Origin: a virus
Lineage: Duplodnaviria > Heunggongvirae > Uroviricota > Caudoviricetes
IMG/VR virus record: IMGVR_UViG_3300025000_000058
Direction: 5' to 3' (one strand)
DNA: 32,149 bases
The notes under the pieces: model-generated
What the model was told of the DNA's origin: nothing
Database searches by the model: none
The model's input: only the letters and a program-made list of their open reading frames with translations
Program-made: the position numbers and the translations under genes
Shown: piece after piece, positions 1 through 6,796 of the stretch
How the letters are laid out: each line of letters begins with the position of its first letter
Position numbering within the stretch: the stretch's first letter is position 1

Positions 1-186
1 AATTACACTGAAAAAGAGAAGAATTTATAATAGTGGATAAATTAATTCGGTTCTTCAAATTTAATAATGGGGATTGAATTGTCTAACCGCATTGTAATAA
101 ATTAAGTTTGTAAGAACAATTATAAATTCGCAAGCAATATCCCTTAATTTTATATAGTTGCAATAAATAAAAAGATGGCGAATTAT

Positions 187-295
187 AATTAATAAATTAA
201 CTATATTTTCAGAGGATAGAACAGGCATCTATCATCATATATTTTGAAGATGTGGGACATGTCACCCCACCTAAAATATAGTTAATTTATTAATT
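187..295 (+). ncRNA. Candidate structured RNA: three-arm junction closed by a 23-bp stem
   Basis: Perfect inverted repeat AATTAATAAATTAACTATATTTT (187-209) / AAAATATAGTTAATTTATTAATT (273-295). It encloses GATAG-AACAGGCAT-CTATC (215-233), a weak middle arm, and GTGGG-ACATGTCAC-CCCAC (252-270). Strand is inferred from neighbouring genes. Confidence 0.4.
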
Positions 296-303
296 TTAAA
301 CAA

Positions 304-395
304 ATTTTGATTATATGAAGGTGAGAAAGGTTACTCATACCACTCTTTATAAAGTGGAGATTAGGAAGTTACTACCCCTAGCATATAATCAAAAT
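304..395 (+). ncRNA. Candidate tRNA-like (cloverleaf) RNA or degenerate tRNA with an extended 14-bp closing stem
   Basis: Perfect inverted repeat ATTTTGATTATATG (304-317) / CATATAATCAAAAT (382-395). Inside are a D-like arm TGAG-AAAGGTTA-CTCA (322-337), an anticodon-like arm CCACT-CTTTATAA-AGTGG (340-357) and an imperfect T-like arm TAGG..CCTA (362-380). No TTC T-loop, no CCA. Confidence 0.45.
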
Positions 396-400
396 ATTAT

Positions 401-496
401 GGATGGGTACTCAAGTGAATTAAGAGGGTAGTTTTGAAAACTACTAGGTGATATGAATAATATCATGCGTGGGTTTAAATCCCACTCCATCCTCCA
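401..496 (+). tRNA. trnS: tRNA-Ser(TGA)
   Basis: Acceptor GGATGGG/TCCATCC, anticodon arm GTAGT-TTTGAAA-ACTAC, long variable arm TGATAT-GAATA-ATATCA, T arm GTGGG-TTTAAAT-CCCAC, encoded CCA at 494-496. Confidence 0.92.
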
Positions 497-498
497 AA

Positions 499-525
499 AT
501 TATTATTATTATTATTATTATTATT
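499..525. repeat. (ATT)9 microsatellite
   Basis: Nine perfect ATT units between the tRNA-Ser CCA and the AAGGAGG ribosome-binding site of the next gene. Confidence 0.95.
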
Positions 526-556
526 AAAATTAAAAGAATAAAAGGAGGAATTTACA

Positions 557-1186
557 ATGGCACAAATGACAATTACGAGAGTGCTTGCAGAAATAGACGT
601 TTTAAATAAGAGGATTGAAAAAGAAACAAGGAATGCAAGATTTATTGCATGTGTTAAAAATACTGCAACAAAAGTTGATGGAGTGCAAACAAAAGCAGAA
701 TTTTCAAGTTCAGCACAATCTAGTTATGATTCAATTATAGATATGATTGAAAAGAGAAAAAAATTGAAAGCCAAGTTAGTTATGTCAAATGCTACAACAA
801 TTGTTAATATTTGCAACAAGGATTATTTTGTAGCTGAAGCAATTGAAAGAAAAAATATGATTCATCTTGAGCAAGCATTGATTGCAGAAATGGTTAGTCA
901 ATATAACAAAATGGTTGCAAATTATAACAGAAAAGCAGAAGAATTAGATGGTAGGTATGATGAATTTTTAAGAACATTAGGTGTTAAAGATAGTAAAAAT
1001 ATCAGTGAAACAATGCTAGAAGCAGGAAAGAATTTCTTGGCAGAGAATGGATGGTCAATTTTAGATCCAATTAAATTAAAAGAGAAAATTGATGCATTGA
1101 CAGATGAAGTTGAAAATTTCATGAAAGAAGTTGATTTCACTTTAAGTGAATGTAATAGTTTGACTAAAATAGAAATTGAAGAATAA
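557..1186 (+). CDS. Conserved-type hypothetical helical/coiled-coil protein (possibly DIP1984/DUF6847-like), paired with a downstream structured RNA
   Basis: Strong SD AAGGAGG at 542-548. The 209-aa protein has a two-fold internal repeat: TITRVLAE...SNATTIVNI and YFVAEAIERK...CNSLTKIEI. Family resemblance is from memory of the 'AEA' and 'N..T' motifs and has not been verified. Confidence 0.85.
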   Translation: MAQMTITRVLAEIDVLNKRIEKETRNARFIACVKNTATKVDGVQTKAEFSSSAQSSYDSIIDMIEKRKKLKAKLVMSNATTIVNICNKDYFVAEAIERKNMIHLEQALIAEMVSQYNKMVANYNRKAEELDGRYDEFLRTLGVKDSKNISETMLEAGKNFLAENGWSILDPIKLKEKIDALTDEVENFMKEVDFTLSECNSLTKIEIEE

Positions 1187-1214
1187 CAATATTGAAGAGA
1201 AATTTATTGAAGAT

Positions 1215-1573
1215 TATTAATTAAATTTATATTGTGGGTTATTTGAAAATGATAAAATTCAAATTCCTTTGAGATATAGGTTAATTATCTCACTTTGTTC
1301 TTTTGATATAAAAAAGAAGAAATTATTTAAGTGCATCTATTAATGCATTTACATATAATAGATATTATGTATATTTATACACTAAATTTATTAGAAAGAT
1401 CAAAGTTTAAAGATTAAAGTACAAAGATTACATTTCAAAGTTCTTTTTGTTAAAGATTAAGTTTCAAAGCATAAAGATCGATGAAATCCAAGGGATAAGG
1501 TTATAGACATTAATTTGTTTAGTCTGTCATTTCCTCTTGGCTGAGTAATTCACAATATTAAATTTAATTGATA
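1215..1573 (+). ncRNA. Candidate ~350-nt structured ncRNA or 3' UTR element
   Basis: Long closing helix: AATTAAATTT-ATATTGTG-GGTTATTT (1219-1244) pairs with GAGTAATT-CACAATAT-[T]-AAATTTAATT (1543-1569), including G-U pairs. Hairpins at 1270-1292, 1298-1318, 1329-1350 and 1350-1371, an unpaired AAAG tract at 1395-1479, and a 3' arm CCAAG-GGA (1488-1495) / TCC[T]CTTGG (1532-1540) enclosing TAGAC/GTCTG. No ORF in the track on either strand. Confidence 0.7.
1395..1479 (+). repeat. Phased AAAG-NNN heptamer tract
   Basis: AAAG at 1395, 1402, 1409, 1416, 1423, 1437, then 1452, 1466, 1473. These form two blocks in exact 7-nt register with variable 3-nt linkers. Confidence 0.9.
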
Positions 1574-1601
1574 TAAATTTAGCAGGCACTTATTTTATCC
1601 A

Positions 1602-1625
1602 TGAAGGAGTTAATTAACTTCTTCA
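1602..1625. other. 10-bp hairpin just upstream of tRNA-His (processing or stability element)
   Basis: TGAAGGAGTT-AATT-AACTTCTTCA. No U-tract follows, so it is not a convincing terminator. Confidence 0.45.
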
Positions 1626-1629
1626 ACAT

Positions 1630-1706
1630 GGTAGTGTAGATGAAATAGGTTGACATGCCAAACTGTGAATTTGGATTAGTGGGTTCAAATCCCGCACACT
1701 ACCCCA
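1630..1706 (+). tRNA. trnH: tRNA-His(GTG)
   Basis: Encoded G-1 (1630) opposite C73 (1703), acceptor GTAGTGT/ACACTAC, anticodon arm CCAAA-CTGTGAA-TTTGG, T arm GTGGG-TTCAAAT-CCCGC, CCA at 1704-1706. Confidence 0.92.
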
Positions 1707-1707
1707 T

Positions 1708-1784
1708 TTCCTTGTAGCATAATGGATAATGCACAAGATTACGGATCTTGGTTTATCTGGGTTCAAATCCTAGCAAGGAAGCCA
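1708..1784 (+). tRNA. trnR: tRNA-Arg(ACG)
   Basis: Acceptor TTCCTTG/CAAGGAA, D arm GCAT-AATGGATA-ATGC, anticodon arm CAAGA-TTACGGA-TCTTG, T arm CTGGG-TTCAAAT-CCTAG, G73 plus CCA. Confidence 0.94.
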
Positions 1785-1789
1785 ATTAT

Positions 1790-1861
1790 GCTCCTCTAGT
1801 ATAAAGGCTATTATAGTTGACTTGTAATCAATAGATTCCAGTTCGATTCTGGAGAGGAGCT
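1790..1861 (+). tRNA. trnT: tRNA-Thr(TGT), CCA not encoded
   Basis: Acceptor GCTCCTC/GAGGAGC, anticodon arm GTTGA-CTTGTAA-TCAAT, T arm TCCAG-TTCGATT-CTGGA. Followed by T then TCA instead of CCA. Confidence 0.9.
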
Positions 1862-1915
1862 TCATAAAGTCTTTACGACAACTGAATTAAATTAAGAGAA
1901 TAAAAGGAGATAAAA

Positions 1916-2179
1916 ATGGAAAATAATCAAATGGTACTTGAATTTCTTAATAATCCGTATATTAATGGAATGGTAGAAAAATATAAAGAAAATTATGAGG
2001 TTCAATTTGCAGATGAACATAATTTAAGATTAATGATTTATTTAAATGCGAGGTTAGAATTGCCAGCAATTAGAGATGATTTACAAAGTGTAGAAAAAAT
2101 TGTAAAAATAACTGATATGTTAAAATCAAGATTGAGGTTAAAATCAATTCAGATTAATGAAAGTAAAGACACTAATTAA
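1916..2179 (+). CDS. Hypothetical protein (87 aa)
   Basis: SD AAGGAG at 1905-1910 before the ATG, followed by a terminator. No recognisable motif. Confidence 0.8.
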   Translation: MENNQMVLEFLNNPYINGMVEKYKENYEVQFADEHNLRLMIYLNARLELPAIRDDLQSVEKIVKITDMLKSRLRLKSIQINESKDTN

Positions 2180-2193
2180 TTAGTGTCTTTTTT
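2165..2193 (+). terminator. Rho-independent terminator
   Basis: AAAGACACTAAT-TA-ATTAGTGTCTTT followed by further T residues. It separates the RNA island from the packaging genes. Confidence 0.8.
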
Positions 2194-2238
2194 GTTGTAT
2201 AGTTTTGTATTAATAAATGAATGAAAGGAGTGTTTAAT

Positions 2239-3438
2239 ATTTCAACAGAATTAGAAACACCAGTAAAAAAACCAAGGGGCAGACCTCCAGGTAAAAGTAC
2301 TACAACAGCTACAAAAATAAAAACTAAGCAAGCACCAAGAAGAAATGAATTAGAACCATTAATAATAAAGCCAATTGGCTTAAAGTGTGAATATTGTGGA
2401 AAAACAAAAAAATCACATCATTTTAATAGATGTATTTTTAATAAAACTGGATATGAAGTTTATTGTAAAGAATGTAAAAATAGTTTAGTTACAGATAAAC
2501 AAGAATTAATAGAATATTTAGAATTGAATAATATGCGATTCAGTGAAGAATTGTGGGATGAAAGTGAAAAATGGATTAGATACCATATGGATTTAAGATT
2601 AGAAGGTGTTGAAGAATTACCAGAAGACATTAATGAAAAAGTGATGAAAAAAATAGTAAATCGTTATTATTCAGTAAAGGGTTTAAATGGAAATAGGGTT
2701 GGTTATCATCCAGATGATAAAGCCAGAGATGAAGAAAATAAAAAAGTATTTGACAATATCTCTCCAGATGATGAAATATTTAAAAATGATGGAGGTATTA
2801 TTCAAAGGAGAAAAAGAAAAGTGAATTCTCCAGTAGAATATATTGATTATGGTTTAGAAAAAAAATGGGGAAAAAATTATAATCAAGAAGAATATGAAAA
2901 ATTAGAAGGTTTTTATCAAGATATGAAAGCAAATTTTGAGATAGAAACTGCGGCTCATATTGATTATCTTAAAAAGATTTGTAAAGTTTCAGTGCAAATG
3001 GATAAAGCATTGGAAGAGAATAACATTGATGTGTTTCAGAAATTAAGTGGTATATATGATAAATTAATGCATAGTGCCAAGTTTACAGCAGTTCAAAGAA
3101 GTGCTTCAGATAGAACAGGTGGTATGAATACTATAGGTGAGATATATGATTTTTTAGAAAAAAATGGATTTATACCAAAATTTCATACAGATGAACCACT
3201 TGATATTGTTGATATAACAGAACACAACCTTAAAGAATATACAAAAAAATTAGTACTTGGAGATACTAATATAGCTAATATTATTGAATCATCAATACAA
3301 AAAATTATAGAAAAAGAAGAATTAGAAAGAAATAATTTAGAAGAAGATGCAAAAACTGTAGAAGAGTTAGAAGATGAAGATGAAGAATATGAAAGTTATA
3401 TAAAAGATTATGATTATGAGGTCAATAAAGATGGCTAA
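2239..3438 (+). CDS. Putative terminase small subunit with AT-hook and CxxC-x22-CxxC zinc finger
   Basis: Directly upstream of and overlapping terL. PRGRP at 2272-2286, CEYC...CKEC at 2386-2475, helical C-terminal half with acidic tail. The track ATG at 2221 has no SD, whereas AAGGAGTG (2225-2232) is well spaced to an in-frame ATT at 2239. Confidence 0.7.
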   Translation: MSTELETPVKKPRGRPPGKSTTTATKIKTKQAPRRNELEPLIIKPIGLKCEYCGKTKKSHHFNRCIFNKTGYEVYCKECKNSLVTDKQELIEYLELNNMRFSEELWDESEKWIRYHMDLRLEGVEELPEDINEKVMKKIVNRYYSVKGLNGNRVGYHPDDKARDEENKKVFDNISPDDEIFKNDGGIIQRRKRKVNSPVEYIDYGLEKKWGKNYNQEEYEKLEGFYQDMKANFEIETAAHIDYLKKICKVSVQMDKALEENNIDVFQKLSGIYDKLMHSAKFTAVQRSASDRTGGMNTIGEIYDFLEKNGFIPKFHTDEPLDIVDITEHNLKEYTKKLVLGDTNIANIIESSIQKIIEKEELERNNLEEDAKTVEELEDEDEEYESYIKDYDYEVNKDG

Positions 3439-5218
3439 AGTTAAAAAATTTCAAAAAGATAGTGCAAAATATACAAATGGAATTAAAGATATTTATAATC
3501 CCGAAGGTAATAGTTATGAAAAACAAAATGAAGAAAAGTTATCAAGAATACAAAAATTATTACCTGTGTTAATGCAATATGCAAGTTTTTGGAGAAGCTA
3601 CCCTGATTTATTTATAGATTTTATAACTCCTAAAGATAGTAGTTTTAAATTATTTTTTTACCAAAGATTATTTTTAAGAATAGCAATTAGATATAGATAT
3701 GTATTTATGACATTTCCAAGAGCATTTTCAAAATCGTTTTTATCTATATTAATATTATTTTTAAAATGTATATTTTATCCAGGTATTAAAATATTTATAT
3801 CAGCAGGAGGAAAAGAACAAGCGAGTAATATTGCAAAAGAAAAAGTAGAAGAATTGTTTGAGTTGTTTCCTTTATTAGAAAAAGAGGTAAAAAGATATCA
3901 GACCTCAAAAGATTATGTAAAACTTATATTCCACAACGGTAGTAAATTAGATATAGTTGCAGTACAAAATTCTTCAAGAGGTGGTAGAAGACATTGTGGT
4001 CTTTTAGAAGAAGCAATATTAATAGATGGTAAATTACTTAATGAAGTAATTATCCCTTTAATGAATGTAAACAGACGAGCAAGAAATGGTGATGTTGATG
4101 AAAATGAAATACATAAGCATCAAATTTATGTGACAACCGCAGGCTATAAAAACACTTTTGCTTATCAAAAATTAATACAAGTATTAGTATGGATGATAAC
4201 AAGAGGAAATGCTTTTGTATTAGGTGGAGATTATAAAATTCCTGTAATGCATAAATTATTAGATAAAGACTTTATTGAAGAACTTAAAGAAGATGGAACT
4301 TATAATCCAATGTCATTTGCGAGAGAATATGAAAGTAATTGGACAGGAACATCAGAAGATGCTTTTTTTGACAGTGAATTTATTGATAGAAATAGAATAT
4401 TAACTGAATCAGAATATGAACCAGAAACAGGAAGAAAAAGAAAAGTAGAATATGTTATAGCAACAGACGTTGCAAGAGTACAAGGTAAAAAGAACGCTGA
4501 TACTGTAGCATTAGTAATAAAAATTATTCCAAGAGCAAATGGTACTTATATAAAACATATAGTTAATATGTTTGTATTTAATGGAGAACATTTTGAAAAT
4601 CAATCAATAAAATTAAAGAAAATTGTATTTAAATATAAAGCTAGAATGCTTGCAATTGATGCAAATGGTTTAGGTGTGGGATTGGTCGATTATCTTGTTA
4701 AAGAAAATGCAGATGAAGTTACTGGAGAAATATTTCCTCCATTTAGTGTAACTAACGATTCAGATTATGATAAATATAAAACAAGTAAATCATTACCTTT
4801 ATTATATAATATAAAATCAACACCAGCAAACACAACGCATATTCATGTAAATTGTTTATCACAAATAAGTAGTGACAAAGTTAAATTTTTAACAGACGAA
4901 ATAACTTCAAAAGCAAAATTATTAAGTACTAAGAAGGGACAAAAACTTACTCCTGAAGAAGTTGCAAAACATTTAGTACCATTTATATTAACTACTATAA
5001 TGAAAGAAGAAATGATGAATTTAAAAAAGAAACCAGAAGGTAAAGGTGTGCAATTAGAAAGAATTAACACAAGAATGGGAAAAGATAAATTTTCTGCTCT
5101 TGAGTATGGCTTATGGTACATTAAATCATTGGAAGATAAAAATATTAAAAAAGACGTTAATGTTGATGGGAAAAAGTTTTGTATGATAAAAAAACCTAAA
5201 TACAGGAAATATCATTAA
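3431..5218 (+). CDS. terL: Terminase large subunit
   Basis: Walker A-like PRAFSKS, Walker B-like GLLEEA, motif III VTTAG, RNase H-like nuclease motifs IATDVAR, DANGLG and KDKFSAL. GAGGT SD at 3418-3422 supports the ATG at 3431 rather than 3410. Confidence 0.93.
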   Translation: MAKVKKFQKDSAKYTNGIKDIYNPEGNSYEKQNEEKLSRIQKLLPVLMQYASFWRSYPDLFIDFITPKDSSFKLFFYQRLFLRIAIRYRYVFMTFPRAFSKSFLSILILFLKCIFYPGIKIFISAGGKEQASNIAKEKVEELFELFPLLEKEVKRYQTSKDYVKLIFHNGSKLDIVAVQNSSRGGRRHCGLLEEAILIDGKLLNEVIIPLMNVNRRARNGDVDENEIHKHQIYVTTAGYKNTFAYQKLIQVLVWMITRGNAFVLGGDYKIPVMHKLLDKDFIEELKEDGTYNPMSFAREYESNWTGTSEDAFFDSEFIDRNRILTESEYEPETGRKRKVEYVIATDVARVQGKKNADTVALVIKIIPRANGTYIKHIVNMFVFNGEHFENQSIKLKKIVFKYKARMLAIDANGLGVGLVDYLVKENADEVTGEIFPPFSVTNDSDYDKYKTSKSLPLLYNIKSTPANTTHIHVNCLSQISSDKVKFLTDEITSKAKLLSTKKGQKLTPEEVAKHLVPFILTTIMKEEMMNLKKKPEGKGVQLERINTRMGKDKFSALEYGLWYIKSLEDKNIKKDVNVDGKKFCMIKKPKYRKYH

Positions 5219-5242
5219 ATTAAATAAAGGTGGTGAAAATTA

Positions 5243-6769
5243 TTGAGTGATGTTGAAATTAAAAAAGAAAAAAACAAAGAAGAAGAATTATTTACAAGGA
5301 AAAATGCAAATGTAATAATGAATTTTGCCACATTGCAAAAATTAATTACAGCAGATCTTAAAAATAATAGAAATACAATTCAATATTTTCAACAATACAC
5401 TAAAGAAGATATAAGAACATATCTCCAAAGTCCTCAATCATATGAGAAAATACTTAGAGAATTAAGTAATTCTTTATATGTTATGAGTCCACATTATAGA
5501 AGATTAATAAATTATTTTTCTAAAATGTTATTATTTAGATATGTTGTAGAACCTTATAAGATTGATATTGAAACCATTGATGTTAATACATTAAAAAAGA
5601 AATATCTTAAAACATTGGACATAATAGAAGATATGAACATTGCACATGAATTTATTAAAATATTAAATATTGCTTTTATTGACGATATTTTTTATGGTTA
5701 TGTTCATGAATCCAATGATTCATTTTTTATTCAAAAATTAGATCCACAATATTGTATGCTATCTTCTATTGAAGATGGCGTTTTTAATTTCGCATTCAAT
5801 TTTTCATATTTTGATAGTAATAAAGATAAATTAATAAATTATCCAGCAGAGTTTACTACAAAATATAATCAATATTTAAGAGATAGAATTAAATGGATTG
5901 AATTAGATCCACAATCTACAATATGTATTAAAATCAATGAAGATGTCGCATATCCAATGCCACCATTTATTGGTATACTTGAATATGTTTTAGAATTAGA
6001 AGATTATCAAGCATTAAAGAAAACAGAGAATGAAACAGATAATTTTAAAATATTAGCACAAAAAATACCAATGCGTGAAAACTCAGATAATAATAATGAT
6101 TATGCTATAACATTAGATCATGTTACAGAATTTCATGGCAACATCGGTTCAACATTGCCTGACCAAATTGGTCTAATTAGTTCTCCAATGGAGATTAAAG
6201 AAATTGATATTAATAAGAAAAGATATGAAAAAGATAGTGTTCAAGAAGCTGAAAGATCATTATATAATGCTGAAGGTGTAAGTCAATTATTATTTAACTC
6301 TGATAAAGGTGGAAGTATTGGCTTAGAGAGGTCAATTAACACAGATGAAGTTATTGCATTTGCTGTATTAAGGCAAATAGAAAGATGGATAAACAGAAAA
6401 TTAAAATATACTTCAACAACTAGGTTGTTTAAAATTAATATGCTAAATATAACTCGCTATAATGAAGATGAATTCTTTGAAAAGTCATTAAAAGCGGCAC
6501 AATTTGGTATTCCTACTAAATTAATGACTGGTGCAAGTATGGGTTTATCTCCAAGTGCAATGACAAATATGGCATTTTTAGAAAATACTGTGCTTGGGTT
6601 AGAAGAAGCATTGATCCCATTGGCAAGTTCACACACACAGAATAGTGATACAGGTAGCACAGATAATACAGGTGGTAGACCAAGTAAAAATACCAATAAA
6701 TTAAGTCAAAGTGGGGAATCACAAAAAGATAATAATAAAAATAAAAATAGAGCAAAAAAGAAAAAATAG
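5243..6769 (+). CDS. Portal protein
   Basis: 508 aa, immediately after terL, TTG start behind AAGGTGGTGA. Size, position and motifs (HYRRLINYFS, IERWINR, basic disordered C-tail) fit SPbeta-type portals. Confidence 0.82.
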   Translation: MSDVEIKKEKNKEEELFTRKNANVIMNFATLQKLITADLKNNRNTIQYFQQYTKEDIRTYLQSPQSYEKILRELSNSLYVMSPHYRRLINYFSKMLLFRYVVEPYKIDIETIDVNTLKKKYLKTLDIIEDMNIAHEFIKILNIAFIDDIFYGYVHESNDSFFIQKLDPQYCMLSSIEDGVFNFAFNFSYFDSNKDKLINYPAEFTTKYNQYLRDRIKWIELDPQSTICIKINEDVAYPMPPFIGILEYVLELEDYQALKKTENETDNFKILAQKIPMRENSDNNNDYAITLDHVTEFHGNIGSTLPDQIGLISSPMEIKEIDINKKRYEKDSVQEAERSLYNAEGVSQLLFNSDKGGSIGLERSINTDEVIAFAVLRQIERWINRKLKYTSTTRLFKINMLNITRYNEDEFFEKSLKAAQFGIPTKLMTGASMGLSPSAMTNMAFLENTVLGLEEALIPLASSHTQNSDTGSTDNTGGRPSKNTNKLSQSGESQKDNNKNKNRAKKKK

Positions 6770-6796
6770 TTTAAGGGATAGGAGGGAGTGAAAAAT

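Noticed and set aside
158-189. TTGCAA...TATAAT sigma-A promoter
   Set aside because: The spacer is 20 nt, too long, and such hexamers are frequent at this AT content.
60-190. Possible structured RNA (GGGATTG/CAATATCCC pairing, AATTATAAATTCGC/GCGAATTATAATT stem), considered as tmRNA or 6S-like
   Set aside because: The pairings are mutually exclusive and AT-rich, with no tmRNA tRNA-like ends or tag frame. It cannot be supported, although more upstream context might change this.
340-357. TTA in the anticodon-like loop as an ochre suppressor implying stop-codon recoding
   Set aside because: The loop is 8 nt, the element lacks a canonical T loop and CCA, and most genes here end cleanly at TAA with the next gene starting shortly after.
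187-395. Known riboswitch, self-cleaving ribozyme or SRP RNA identity for the two hairpin elements
   Set aside because: I could not find the hallmark cores (hammerhead CUGAUGA/GAAA, T-box, SAM, c-di-GMP, SRP domain IV). An Rfam cmscan is needed to exclude them formally.
1395-1479. AAAG tract as a CRISPR array
   Set aside because: Repeat units are 4 nt with 3-nt linkers, far below CRISPR dimensions, and no cas genes are present.
3431-5218. Intein or group I intron in the terminase large subunit
   Set aside because: The ORF is continuous, of normal length, with ATPase and nuclease motifs normally spaced and no intein splice motifs.
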